This document shows, piece after piece, positions 27,472-37,371 of a DNA stretch of 64,000 nt. The position numbers and the translations under genes are program-made. Each line of letters starts with the position of its first letter. Position 1 is the stretch's first letter. Location: assembly GCA_964493305.1 (NCBI GenBank), contig CAZBLW010000001.1:384037-448036 (forward strand), read 5' to 3'. The notes under the pieces were generated by a model. The model saw only the letters and a program-made list of their open reading frames with translations. It did not search any database and was not told where the DNA came from. The stretch comes from an uncultured Gammaproteobacteria bacterium. Lineage in GTDB: Bacteria; Patescibacteriota; Patescibacteriia; S139-126.

Positions 27472-27903
27472 ATGTTTATCGGCGAATTTCATCATAGTAT
27501 CGATGATAAAGGCAGGTTAGCAATACCGGTTAAATTTCGCAGTGCTTTTAAAAGCGGAGCAGTTGTTACTCGAGGATTAGATAAGTCTTTGTTTTTATAC
27601 ACCAATCAAGAATGGAAAAAGTATGCAGTAAAATTAGCTAATTTACCGATTTCACAAAGCAAATCCAGAGCCTTTGCTAGATTGATGTTAGCTGGAGCTA
27701 TGGATGTTGCTTTAGATAAGCAGGGTAGAATCGTTTTACCTGACTATTTACGAGCTTACAGTACTTTAAATAAAAAAGCAGTGGTGGCTGGTTTGGGTGA
27801 TCGAGTAGAAATTTGGTCTGAGGAAGAATGGGAAAGGTATAAATTGCAAACCGAGAGTTCAAGTAATGATATTGCTGAAGCCTTGGGTGAACTTGGGGTT
27901 TGA
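27472..27903 (+). CDS. mraZ: transcriptional regulator MraZ
   Basis: MFIGEFHHSIDDKGRLAIP and a second DxxGR repeat. Confidence 0.9.
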   Translation: MFIGEFHHSIDDKGRLAIPVKFRSAFKSGAVVTRGLDKSLFLYTNQEWKKYAVKLANLPISQSKSRAFARLMLAGAMDVALDKQGRIVLPDYLRAYSTLNKKAVVAGLGDRVEIWSEEEWERYKLQTESSSNDIAEALGELGV

Positions 27904-28853
27904 GTTTTATGACACCAGGTAAACATATACCCGTTCTTTTAGAGGAAGTAATTAATTTTATTCAACCGCAGTCCAATGCCAATTATATTGATGCTACTTT
28001 AGGTGGCGGGGGATATACCGAGCGATTATTGCAAGAAAATAAACCCCAAGGACAAGTAATGTGTTTTGATCTGGATCAGTCTGCCATTTTGTTAGGCCAA
28101 AAAAAGTTTATAAAAGATCAAAACAGAATAATATTTATCAATGATAATTTTTCCAAAATTAAAACAAAAATAAATGAATATAAATTTTTTAAAATTGGCG
28201 GTATTGTATGTGACCTGGGCTATTCCACTTTACAGATCGAAGATGATCGAAGGGGGTTTAGCTTTAAAAGCGAAGGAGAACTTGATCTTAGGTTTAGTAC
28301 ACAAACAGCACTAACTGCTACAGAAATTTTGCAGGAGTGGTCAGGAGAAAAGATTGCCGATATTTTAAAAAGATATGGCGAAGAACCTCTAGCTAAGAAA
28401 ATTGCTCAATTAATTGTTACTACTAGACAAAAAACAAAAATTACCGGGCGAGTGCTAAGAGAGATAGTTGAGAGGGTGTATGTCAAAAAATGGTCTACAC
28501 CCTCAAGAATCCATCCGGCTACTCGAACTTGGCAAGCATTACGTATAGAAGTTAATCAAGAATTAATACATCTGCAGAATTTCTTAGTAGACGCAGTTGC
28601 GGTTATGCCTCCAGGTAGTAGGTTAGCAATAGTCAGTTTCCATTCTTTAGAGGATAAAATTGTTAAGCATTATTTTCAGCAAGAAGCCAAAGATTGTATC
28701 TGTCCAAAAGAATTGGCTAAATGTATTTGTCAGCACCGAGCTCAGTTGAAAATATTGACTAAAAAGCCAGTAGTCGCTAGTGAGCAAGAAGTGAGTAACA
28801 ATCCCAGATCGCGCTCAGCTAAATTGAGAGTTATAGAAAAATTAAATAATTAA
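27900..28853 (+). CDS. rsmH: 16S rRNA (cytosine1402-N4)-methyltransferase RsmH
   Basis: HIPVLLEEV...DATLGGGGY. Confidence 0.9.
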   Translation: MSFMTPGKHIPVLLEEVINFIQPQSNANYIDATLGGGGYTERLLQENKPQGQVMCFDLDQSAILLGQKKFIKDQNRIIFINDNFSKIKTKINEYKFFKIGGIVCDLGYSTLQIEDDRRGFSFKSEGELDLRFSTQTALTATEILQEWSGEKIADILKRYGEEPLAKKIAQLIVTTRQKTKITGRVLREIVERVYVKKWSTPSRIHPATRTWQALRIEVNQELIHLQNFLVDAVAVMPPGSRLAIVSFHSLEDKIVKHYFQQEAKDCICPKELAKCICQHRAQLKILTKKPVVASEQEVSNNPRSRSAKLRVIEKLNN

Positions 28854-28875
28854 TAAATTTTTAAACTAAAAACCC

Positions 28876-29199
28876 ATGCTTTGTCGCCCCCATAACAAAA
28901 ATAAAAACAATAAGATTAATTTAATTTCTTTCCGTTTAGGATTATTTGTTTTGTTGATAATAATTGGTTTAGCTTACGTTTGGCAAATTAGCCAAGTATC
29001 TACCCAGGGTTATTATCTTAAAGATTTGGAAAGAACCATAAGTATCTTAGAACAACAAAACGAAAGATTTAATTTAGAGGCGTCACAGTTGAGTGCTTTA
29101 TCTAGAATCGATAGTGAAATAAGTAGGTTAGGATTGGTAAAAAATGACGCAGTGGTTTATTTGACAGAAACTACTGAAGTAGTAGCGCGTAATAAATAA
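28876..29199 (+). CDS. ftsL: cell division protein FtsL-like (single TM + coiled coil)
   Basis: Position between rsmH and ftsI. TM followed by a heptad-rich region. Confidence 0.5.
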   Translation: MLCRPHNKNKNNKINLISFRLGLFVLLIIIGLAYVWQISQVSTQGYYLKDLERTISILEQQNERFNLEASQLSALSRIDSEISRLGLVKNDAVVYLTETTEVVARNK

Positions 29200-29210
29200 T
29201 TTTTTCGCCT

Positions 29211-30965
29211 ATGATGGTCAAGGCGAACAGAAGAAAAGTAAAAAAGTTTGCTGATTTAAGGCTAACTTTTTTTATTGTATTTATATCCTTAGTGATTTTA
29301 TTTATTTTTAGTCGTTTATTTTGGTTGCAAGTAAAAGAAAGAGATTTTTATAAAAAATTAGCTTCTGGTCAACATCAGATATTAAGCGAACTCATCCCCG
29401 AAAGAGGTGAAATATACATGCAAGATAAAGATGGTAATTTACAGCCATTAGCACAAAATCGGGTTTTATATATGTTATATGCGGTACCAAAAGATTTTGA
29501 CAAAAATGTTTTGGATATTATCAACCCTTTAAAAGATTTTTTTCAATGGGATGATGAAACAACACAATTTTTTTTAAATCGTTTGTCGGTCCAGGATGAT
29601 CCTTTCGAACAAATTAAAAAGGGATTAGATGAAGGTCAAAAAAAACAAATAGAAAGTTGGCAAATAAAAGGTTTAAATTTTATCGAGGAAAAATCAAGAT
29701 ATTATCCCAATCAAGCAATTGGTGCCAATCTGTCGGGTTTTTATAGTTTCAAATCCGATCAACCCACCGGTCAGTATGGGTTAGAAGGTTATTTTGAAAA
29801 GGAATTAGCTGGAAGGGGTGGAATTATTGATTCAGAAAGAGATGCTGCCGGTCGTTTAATTACAGTCGGAGCTAGAAACTTTACTTCAGCAGTCAATGGC
29901 TCAGATTTGGTCTTAACTATTGATCCCAGCATCGAATACATCGCCTGCCAAAAATTAGATGAATATGTTTCCCAGCTAGGAGCTAAGGGGGGAGAAGTAA
30001 TTATTTTAGATCCCAAGACCGGTGGATTATTGGCAATGTGTTCGTATCCTAGTTTTGATCCTAACAATTATTTTAATACAACTAATATCGAAGATTTTAA
30101 AAATCCAGCCGTTAGTGACCAATACGAACCCGGGTCAATTTTTAAACCGATTACTATGGCGGCTGCATTGGATTTAAAAAAAGTAACGCCGAATTTTACT
30201 TATCGTGATGAAGGTTGCCGCTTAATTTCCGGTTGGCCTAAACCAATTTGTAATTCCGATGTCAGTATTTTACCCCAAGGACACGGGATAGTTTCAATGA
30301 CCGATGTCTTAATCAATTCTTTGAATACGGGAGCGATGTATTTGATTGATCAAATCGGTGAACAGACTTTTAAAAAATATCTCCAAGCATTTGGTTTTGG
30401 TGATCTTACCAATATTACCTTACCCGGTGAGGCCAGCGGTAATATTGCCAACATTGGTGATCGTCCTATTTATGCTTATACGGCATCATTTGGACAAGGA
30501 ATTACTGTAACTCCATTGCAAATGGTCGCTGCCTATGCGGCTATTGCCAATGGTGGCGAATTATTAAAACCATATGTTGTGGCAGAAATTAGAAAATCAG
30601 ACGGAACAATTGAAAAAAATGAAAAAAAAGTGATAAGGCAAGTCGTGTCTCCAGAAGTATCGGTTTTACTTTCCGGAATGTTAGTTTCAGTGATTGAAGA
30701 TGGTCATGGTTGGCGGGCTGGCGTGCCTGGTTATTATTTAGCTGGAAAAACAGGAACCGCCCAAGTGCCCTCACCACAAGGAGGTTACTCTGACGAAACA
30801 ATCCATTCCTTTATTGGCTTTGGTCCCATAGACGATCCTCAATTTGTTATGATAACTAAACTAGATAATCCGGGAACTCGTTTTGCCGAATCATCAGCCG
30901 CACCTCTGTTTGGTGATATCGCAAAATTTATTTTGCAGTATTATCAAATACCGCCCAGTCGCTAA
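29211..30965 (+). CDS. ftsI: penicillin-binding protein 2 / FtsI transpeptidase
   Basis: SxxK (GSIFKP), SxN (SLNTG) and KTG (KTGTAQ) motifs. Confidence 0.85.
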   Translation: MMVKANRRKVKKFADLRLTFFIVFISLVILFIFSRLFWLQVKERDFYKKLASGQHQILSELIPERGEIYMQDKDGNLQPLAQNRVLYMLYAVPKDFDKNVLDIINPLKDFFQWDDETTQFFLNRLSVQDDPFEQIKKGLDEGQKKQIESWQIKGLNFIEEKSRYYPNQAIGANLSGFYSFKSDQPTGQYGLEGYFEKELAGRGGIIDSERDAAGRLITVGARNFTSAVNGSDLVLTIDPSIEYIACQKLDEYVSQLGAKGGEVIILDPKTGGLLAMCSYPSFDPNNYFNTTNIEDFKNPAVSDQYEPGSIFKPITMAAALDLKKVTPNFTYRDEGCRLISGWPKPICNSDVSILPQGHGIVSMTDVLINSLNTGAMYLIDQIGEQTFKKYLQAFGFGDLTNITLPGEASGNIANIGDRPIYAYTASFGQGITVTPLQMVAAYAAIANGGELLKPYVVAEIRKSDGTIEKNEKKVIRQVVSPEVSVLLSGMLVSVIEDGHGWRAGVPGYYLAGKTGTAQVPSPQGGYSDETIHSFIGFGPIDDPQFVMITKLDNPGTRFAESSAAPLFGDIAKFILQYYQIPPSR

Positions 30966-31003
30966 TTGTATTTATTTTTATTAGGTTTAAAATTAAGATA
31001 GCT

Positions 31004-32293
31004 ATGAAAAAAACAATAATTTGGTTATTGAAAGTAATTGCTAAGTTGATATTAAAAAAATATCAACCCTTGGTAGTGGGGATTACTGGTTCGGTTGGTA
31101 AAACTTCAACTAAAGAAGCAATTTATTCCGTTTTACAAAAAAAGTATACTGTCCGCAGAAGTCAAGGAAATTTCAATAATGAAATTGGTGTTCCTTTGAC
31201 TATTATCGGTTTTACCAGTCCAGGCAAAAACATTATTGCCTGGTTAAAAGTGTTTTGGAAATCATTTAGTTTGTTGTTATTTAAACACAGTTATCCAGAA
31301 GTTTTAGTTTTGGAAATGGGAGCTGATCATCCGGGAGATATTTATTATTTAACTTCATTTGTACCAATTGATGTAGGTGTTTTGACGGCTATTGCCCCTG
31401 TTCATTTAGAATTTTTTAAAAAAATTGAAAATATTTTAAAAGAGAAACAAATTCTTATTGAACGCGTGAAGAAAAATGGTGCGGCTATTTTAAATGGAGA
31501 TGATTGGCTGGTAAAACAAGTTAGTCAAAAAACCAAAGCCAAAGTTTTTACTTTTGGATTACAGACTGACAACTCAGTGCAAGCAGTGGAAATAAAATTA
31601 TCTACTGGTACAGAAAATTCTGAACAAGAAATGAAAGGCTTATCATTTAAATTGGTCTATGGTGGCAATAGTATCCCGATTTTTTTACCTGGTGTATTAG
31701 GAAGACACCAAGTTTATGCTGCTCTGTCAGCTGCTGCTGTTGGACTTGCTTTAGATTGTAACTTAGTTGATATTGCCGATGCTTTGCAACGCTTTCAATC
31801 ACCAAAGGGTAGGATGAATCTAATTATTGGAGTAAAAAATTCAATAATTATTGACGATACTTACAATTCATCACCAGCGGCAGCCAAAGCAGCTTTGGCG
31901 GTGCTTGATGAGATTCCCACTAAACCAACTAGCAGAAAACTGGCAGTTTTTGGTGACATGTTAGAATTGGGAAATTACACCGAACAAGGTCACCGCGAAG
32001 TTGGTCATAAAGCTGCAGAAATAAATATTGATTTTTTATTGTGCGTCGGTGAAAGATCAAGAGATATTGGTTATGGAGCAAAAGAAGCTGGTATGGGAGA
32101 AGAAAGGATATATTATTTTTCTGATAACGCCAAGGCGATTGACTTTTTACAAAGATTGATGAAAACCGATGATTTAATATTGGTTAAAGGATCGCAAGGC
32201 GCTAGAATGGAGCAAGTGGTAAAGGCGGTAATGGCCTATCCAGAAAATGCTAAACAATTGTTGGTCAGACAAGATAAACCCTGGGTAAATTAA
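31004..32293 (+). CDS. murF: UDP-N-acetylmuramoyl-tripeptide--D-alanyl-D-alanine ligase
   Basis: GITGSVGKTSTKE P-loop. IIIDDTYNSSP matches the MurF DDSYNANP. Confidence 0.75.
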   Translation: MKKTIIWLLKVIAKLILKKYQPLVVGITGSVGKTSTKEAIYSVLQKKYTVRRSQGNFNNEIGVPLTIIGFTSPGKNIIAWLKVFWKSFSLLLFKHSYPEVLVLEMGADHPGDIYYLTSFVPIDVGVLTAIAPVHLEFFKKIENILKEKQILIERVKKNGAAILNGDDWLVKQVSQKTKAKVFTFGLQTDNSVQAVEIKLSTGTENSEQEMKGLSFKLVYGGNSIPIFLPGVLGRHQVYAALSAAAVGLALDCNLVDIADALQRFQSPKGRMNLIIGVKNSIIIDDTYNSSPAAAKAALAVLDEIPTKPTSRKLAVFGDMLELGNYTEQGHREVGHKAAEINIDFLLCVGERSRDIGYGAKEAGMGEERIYYFSDNAKAIDFLQRLMKTDDLILVKGSQGARMEQVVKAVMAYPENAKQLLVRQDKPWVN

Positions 32294-32323
32294 AAAAACG
32301 TTCGCACTAGACCAACGTTTAAA

Positions 32324-32398
32324 TGGTACCGGTACGGGGAATCGAACCCCGATTACCAGGATGAGAACCTGGCGTCCTAACCGTTAGACGATACCGGC
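32324..32398 (-). tRNA. tRNA-Glu (anticodon CTC) with encoded CCA
   Basis: Minus-strand cloverleaf: GCCGGTA acceptor, D-loop AACGGTTA, anticodon stem CCAGG/CCTGG with loop TTCTCAT, T-arm CGGGG-TTCGATT-CCCCG, then ACCA. Confidence 0.8.
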
Positions 32399-32441
32399 AA
32401 AATCTATTATATTAATAATATAAAAAAGTAGATAAAAATCA

Positions 32442-32984
32442 ATGTCGCAGCGAGAAAATATCGATAAATTTTTAAAACCTAAACCCGTTGGCCTGGGTTC
32501 TTATGAAGTAAATAAACAGGGTAAAATAAATAAGCGTAAAATCAGTGTCGATGAAGAGATAAAAAATGAGTTGTCATATTTTAAAAGTTCTAGTCGCGAA
32601 AAGTCACTCAATGATTTGGATAAAAAAATTTATGAAGATTCTGGTATTGCCGATTTGTTAACAGATGAGTTGGTCAATTCGGTATTGACTTCTTCTGGTT
32701 ACGCACAAAGATATGTCGAATATTTAGAAAATTCTTTATCAACTGAAGAATTAATAGTTTATTTAGATGATTTAGATTTAAAATTGATTACTATTTTATC
32801 TGGGTTAGAGAACTTAAAAAGTCAGGCAATAGAAAAACGTTTAGATTACCAAAATTTTGGTGATTATGCTGTTGATAAAGATATTAAATCCGAATATGAA
32901 AAATTAATTGATTATTTTGAGGTAATTATTGAACAAGGAAAGTCAGTCAGAGATTATCTGCAAACTAAAAAAATTAATCTATAA
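32442..32984 (+). CDS. hypothetical protein, 180 aa, charged, no TM
   Basis: Intact ORF followed by a strong terminator. Confidence 0.45.
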   Translation: MSQRENIDKFLKPKPVGLGSYEVNKQGKINKRKISVDEEIKNELSYFKSSSREKSLNDLDKKIYEDSGIADLLTDELVNSVLTSSGYAQRYVEYLENSLSTEELIVYLDDLDLKLITILSGLENLKSQAIEKRLDYQNFGDYAVDKDIKSEYEKLIDYFEVIIEQGKSVRDYLQTKKINL

Positions 32985-32986
32985 AA

Positions 32987-33015
32987 AAGCGACTCATAAT
33001 GAGTCGCTGTTTGTT
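32987..33015 (+). terminator. rho-independent terminator (AGCGACTCAT-A-ATGAGTCGCT + TGTTTGTTT)
   Basis: Long near-perfect palindrome with U-rich tail. Confidence 0.65.
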
Positions 33016-33051
33016 TGGTACAATTTCAATTCGTTAAATCATTAGCTTTTG

Positions 33052-33207
33052 CTAGCCAGGTTCTATGGTAAGGTCATAGCGATTAAGGGATTCAACGCAT
33101 TGCTTAGTTTGTGTACAAATTTTTGTACACTCATTGGTTGTACCAAAACAGAAGGGGATTAAAAAAGAACAAATACGGTTAAATATAACTTTTAGTTGAT
33201 CTATCAT
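33052..33207 (-). CDS. candidate 51-aa Cys-rich small protein (MIDQLKVIFNRICSFLIPFCFGTTNECTKICTQTKQCVESLNRYDLTIEPG)
   Basis: Minus-strand ORF with strong SD (CAGGAGGG, 4-nt spacer). Below the ORF-track cutoff. Contains a 20-nt palindrome. Confidence 0.3.
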   Translation of the reverse strand: MIDQLKVIFNRICSFLIPFCFGTTNECTKICTQTKQCVESLNRYDLTIEPG

Positions 33208-33255
33208 CAGACCCTCCTGTTTGATAGGATTTAACTATATTATCAGAAATTTGTT

Positions 33256-34347
33256 TTGTCAATTTGTCCTTGGGGAAAAAATGTGTATAATAATGACATG
33301 CCGTTACCAAAATTTATTAGTGAATTAATTTCTTGGTCAGCATTTAGAATCCCAGCTGATAGACAAACTAAAGTCTATGAACAAATTAAGGAAAACGCCA
33401 AAGGTGATTTTGATTTTTATACTTTAAGTTTTTTTTCGGCAGTTATTATAACCCTGGGATTAATTATTGATTCAGCCGCCGTAGTTATTGGCGGCATGTT
33501 GATCGCGCCATTAGTTTGGCCGATTTTTTTAATGTCTTTGTCCATATTAATGGGAAGAGGTAAAATTTTTGAAAACTCTCTTTTTACTTTTATAAAAGCC
33601 GTATTGATAATATTTTTAGTGGCTTTAGCAATTGGTTTTTTCTTACCACATATCAATAATGGAAAGGAAATTATTTCTCGAACACACCCCACTTTATACG
33701 AATTATTTATTGCCCTAGCTTCAGGTTTTGTGGGGGCTTTTGTTATTTCTTATCCCAAATTAGGCAACGCTATGGCTGGGGTTGTAGTAGCTGCGGCATT
33801 AGTTCCGCCCCTTGCTGTTACTGGTTTAGCGGTTTCACAAAATAATGTCGCTGCTGCTGGCGGCAGTTTATTGTTGTTTTTATCCAACTTGGTGGCGATT
33901 ATTTTTGCAGCTGGAGTATTATTTTTATTGGCTAAATTTAGGGGTCCGTCAACAAGTGAAGGTAAAGAGGTAAGACGTTCTAATATTCGTTGGTTTGCTT
34001 TACTTTTTTTAGTTGTATTGATTCCGTTGTATTTTATTACTACGCGGACAATTGTGCAGGAAAAAAGGTTAAAAATTGTGAGACAAGTTTTAGAAACTGA
34101 ATTGCCAGCCAGCAAAATTTCTGAACTGGACATTAAAGAAATTGATAAAATATTACAGGTAACAGTTACAGTACGCAGTGAACAAACCATCAATAAATTA
34201 CAAGTTACCGAACTTACCAATTTCTTGTCCGATAATTTCAATCGTTCTGTGATTTTGAAAATAGTAATAGTGCCTGTGGTGGAAGCGGGTAAACTGATAC
34301 CATCAACACTTATTGCTACTTCGACATCTACAGTTGTGCCGGAGTAA
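33256..34347 (+). CDS. DUF389-family integral membrane protein
   Basis: GVVVAAALVPPLAVTGLAVSQNNVAAAGGSLLLFLSNLVAII is characteristic of DUF389. Confidence 0.6.
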   Translation: MSICPWGKNVYNNDMPLPKFISELISWSAFRIPADRQTKVYEQIKENAKGDFDFYTLSFFSAVIITLGLIIDSAAVVIGGMLIAPLVWPIFLMSLSILMGRGKIFENSLFTFIKAVLIIFLVALAIGFFLPHINNGKEIISRTHPTLYELFIALASGFVGAFVISYPKLGNAMAGVVVAAALVPPLAVTGLAVSQNNVAAAGGSLLLFLSNLVAIIFAAGVLFLLAKFRGPSTSEGKEVRRSNIRWFALLFLVVLIPLYFITTRTIVQEKRLKIVRQVLETELPASKISELDIKEIDKILQVTVTVRSEQTINKLQVTELTNFLSDNFNRSVILKIVIVPVVEAGKLIPSTLIATSTSTVVPE

Positions 34348-34398
34348 ATTTTTTGCTATTCTTATTTTAGTTTTTATAATTAATAAAATAAAAAATAT

Positions 34399-35160
34399 AT
34401 GGATAAAAAACCGGGTTTGTTTGAGTATTTGGGTCCAGGAAAGTCTTTTGTTTTTGGTATTATTGCTACCTTACTAATAATTTTTAGTATTGGTTTTTGG
34501 TGGTTGTTATTAACTGGTGGAACTACGGAAACCGCCAAGAGTAATGATAAAGCTTTAGCTGATTTTAATCAGCCCAGCAACAATGCTCCCAGCGCTGCTG
34601 ATGCTACCGGCACGGTAGGACAAATAAATATGGCTCCAGTGACCAGTGATGATCATATTAGAGGGGATATTGAAACAGCCAAAGTGGTGATAGTAGAATT
34701 TTCTGATATTGATTGTCCGTTCTGTCAAAGATTTCATCCGACTATGCAACAAGTTCTGGCAGATTATCAAGGACAAGTGGCTTGGGTATACCGACACTTT
34801 CCGCTGGATTCTTTACATCCTGATGCCAGAAAAAAAGCTGAGGCTTCTGAATGCGTAGCAGCTTTGGGTGGCGAAGACGCCTTTTGGACATTCTTAGATA
34901 GATTATATGAAGAGAGTGTTGATGATTTACCTGGTTTTGCTAAAGCCGTGGGAGTAAATGAAGCTAATTTCAATGATTGTTTAACTAAAGGAACATATAA
35001 AGATAAAGTACAAAGTCAGTATCAGGATGCAATTAGTAGTGGAGGACAGGGGACGCCATATTCAGTAGCTTTAACTCGTGATGGACAAAAGGTACCAATT
35101 AGCGGAGCTCTGCCGATAGCCAACATAAAGTCTGTTATTGATCCCTTATTGCAAAATTAA
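34399..35160 (+). CDS. DsbA-like thiol:disulfide oxidoreductase, membrane-anchored
   Basis: CPFC active site in EFSDIDCPFCQRFH. N-terminal TM. Confidence 0.65.
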   Translation: MDKKPGLFEYLGPGKSFVFGIIATLLIIFSIGFWWLLLTGGTTETAKSNDKALADFNQPSNNAPSAADATGTVGQINMAPVTSDDHIRGDIETAKVVIVEFSDIDCPFCQRFHPTMQQVLADYQGQVAWVYRHFPLDSLHPDARKKAEASECVAALGGEDAFWTFLDRLYEESVDDLPGFAKAVGVNEANFNDCLTKGTYKDKVQSQYQDAISSGGQGTPYSVALTRDGQKVPISGALPIANIKSVIDPLLQN

Positions 35161-35171
35161 ATTTACTAAAA

Positions 35172-35196
35172 CCCCAGACTTGAGCTGGGGTTTTTT
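35172..35196 (+). terminator. rho-independent terminator (CCCCAG-ACTTGAG-CTGGGG + T6)
   Basis: GC stem with T-run. Confidence 0.7.
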
Positions 35197-35246
35197 GTTG
35201 TAACATATTTTTAGTAATATTTAGAGTTTTTTGCTATAATAGCACT

Positions 35247-35972
35247 ATGGTAAGTGACAATCAGATTGATAAAAATAATTTAACACCTGTTAAACCAAAC
35301 AGTAAAAGAAAGTTTTATCAGTATTGGCGGTTTTGGATTACTTTGTTTGTGGTAATAGTAGTTTTGATTTGGGTGGCAGTGTCAATTTTATTGGCTTATT
35401 TAAATTCTCGTAGTGATAATTCTGCAAATGATACTACTATTTCAATGTATAGCACAAAAATTTATAGTACCACTGATCCCAGTTTAGGTAATAAATCAGC
35501 TGCTTTACAAGTGGTAGAATTTTCTGATTTTCAGTGTCCGTATTGTGCCCAAGCACACAGTATCGTGCGTGAGTTAGTAAAAAATTTTCCTGACGATATT
35601 TATTTTATTTATCGTGATTTTCCCATTGATGATATACATCCCCAGGCGAGATTGGCGGCTGAAGCTGCTCAGTGTGCCTATGATCAAGGTAAGTTTTGGG
35701 AATATCATGATTTATTGTTTCAAAATCAAGCTAAACTCGATTTGGGTTACTTATTGGTTTACGGACAAAGGTTAAATCTTGATTTAACCAAATTTACTAC
35801 TTGTTTAGAGGAAAATAAATATAGCAACGAAGTTAGTCAAGATTTAAGTGACGGCTATGATGTTGGCGTTAGAGCTACACCAACCTTTTTTATTAACGGA
35901 GAAAAAATCGAAGGAGTAATTCCTTATGAATCCTGGGTGAATTTAATTAATCTATCAAAAAACAATTTATGA
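35247..35972 (+). CDS. DsbA-like thiol:disulfide oxidoreductase, membrane-anchored (tandem paralog)
   Basis: CPYC active site in EFSDFQCPYCAQAH. Colinear conservation with the upstream paralog. Confidence 0.65.
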   Translation: MVSDNQIDKNNLTPVKPNSKRKFYQYWRFWITLFVVIVVLIWVAVSILLAYLNSRSDNSANDTTISMYSTKIYSTTDPSLGNKSAALQVVEFSDFQCPYCAQAHSIVRELVKNFPDDIYFIYRDFPIDDIHPQARLAAEAAQCAYDQGKFWEYHDLLFQNQAKLDLGYLLVYGQRLNLDLTKFTTCLEENKYSNEVSQDLSDGYDVGVRATPTFFINGEKIEGVIPYESWVNLINLSKNNL

Positions 35973-36946
35973 TGGAAGAAGCAATAAAAAATTTTCCTCA
36001 GCAATTTTCTTTTCAGCCAAAATATTCATCCCCAGCAAACTTTTCAAGTTTAAAAAAATTTATAGTTTGTGGTATGGGTGGTTCACATTTGGCTGCTGAT
36101 TTATTAAAAACTATAGATCCGACCACTGATCTATTGATTCATAGTGATTATGGTTTACCAAATTTATCACCAACCGACATAAAAAGTAGTTTATTTATTT
36201 TTAGCTCTTATAGCGGTAATACCGAAGAAACAATCGATGCTTATCATCAAGCCAAAAAACTTAATTTACCAAGTGTAGTCATAGCAGTTGGTGGAGTATT
36301 ATTGGAATTAGCTAAAAAAGATCAAGTGCCTTATATTCAGTTACCAGCAACCGGTATTCAACCCAGAAGCGCTTTAGGTTATAGTTTTTTAGCTCTTTTA
36401 ACCATCGTGGGTAACCATCATTTAATTGAACAAGCCAAACAGACAGCGCAAATATTGGAGAAAAAAATGACCGATCTAAAAATACAAGGGTTTGATTTAG
36501 CTGATGAAATTGTCGGTTTTGTACCGGTGATAATCAGTAGTCAAACAAATTTTAGTTTGGGTTATAATTGGAAAATTAAATTCAATGAAACCGGTAAAAT
36601 ACCCGCTTTCAACAATGTAGTACCAGAGTTAAATCACAATGAAATGACCGGCTTTGATTTGAATAATCGTAGCATTTATTTGGCCGATCGTTTTTATTTT
36701 TTGTTTTTGGTGGATGACAATGACCATCCCAGAATTCGTCGTCGGATGGAAGTGTTATTTCAAATCTATCATGAAAAAGGCTTGCCGGTTAAAAACATAT
36801 CTATCTCAGGATCAAATATAACTGACAAAGTTTTTTCTTGTTTGTTGTTGGCCGATTGGGCAGCTCTTAAAATTGCTCAACACTTTGATCATGAAGCCGA
36901 ACAGGTACCGATGGTCGAAGATTTTAAAAAAAGAATCAATCATTAA
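35969..36946 (+). CDS. bifunctional phosphoglucose/phosphomannose isomerase (SIS domain)
   Basis: FIVCGMGGSHLAADLL SIS motif. About 325 aa, the archaeal/bacterial PGI/PMI size. Confidence 0.65.
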   Translation: MMEEAIKNFPQQFSFQPKYSSPANFSSLKKFIVCGMGGSHLAADLLKTIDPTTDLLIHSDYGLPNLSPTDIKSSLFIFSSYSGNTEETIDAYHQAKKLNLPSVVIAVGGVLLELAKKDQVPYIQLPATGIQPRSALGYSFLALLTIVGNHHLIEQAKQTAQILEKKMTDLKIQGFDLADEIVGFVPVIISSQTNFSLGYNWKIKFNETGKIPAFNNVVPELNHNEMTGFDLNNRSIYLADRFYFLFLVDDNDHPRIRRRMEVLFQIYHEKGLPVKNISISGSNITDKVFSCLLLADWAALKIAQHFDHEAEQVPMVEDFKKRINH

Positions 36947-36948
36947 AT

Positions 36949-37371
36949 ATGTGGATACTATTTGCCTTACTGGCAGCAATAAGCGCTGCTCTAGTAGCTA
37001 TCTTTGGTAAAATCGGTTTAAAAAATATTGACTCAACTTTAGCTACAACTATCCGTTCATTTGTTATGGCAACATTTTTATTGGTGGTCAGTTGGTTATT
37101 GGGTAAATGGCGTAATTTCGATTGGCAGAATATACAAAACCGAGATTGGTGGTTAATTGTGTTAGCTGGTATTGCCGGTGCTTTATCTTGGTTGTTTTAT
37201 TTTTATGCTCTTAAAACTGGGGCTGCCACTAAAGTGGCTGCTATTGATCGACTAAGTATAGTATTTGTTGTTTTATTGGCCGGGATTTTTCTAAGCGAAG
37301 GTTTTAGTTGGAAAAGTATTTTTGGCAGTCTGTTGATGGCTGTGGGGGCAATTTTAATAAGTTGGAAATAA
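36949..37371 (+). CDS. small DMT-superfamily (EamA/SMR-like) 4-TM transporter
   Basis: Four predicted TM helices in 140 aa. Confidence 0.45.
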   Translation: MWILFALLAAISAALVAIFGKIGLKNIDSTLATTIRSFVMATFLLVVSWLLGKWRNFDWQNIQNRDWWLIVLAGIAGALSWLFYFYALKTGAATKVAAIDRLSIVFVVLLAGIFLSEGFSWKSIFGSLLMAVGAILISWK

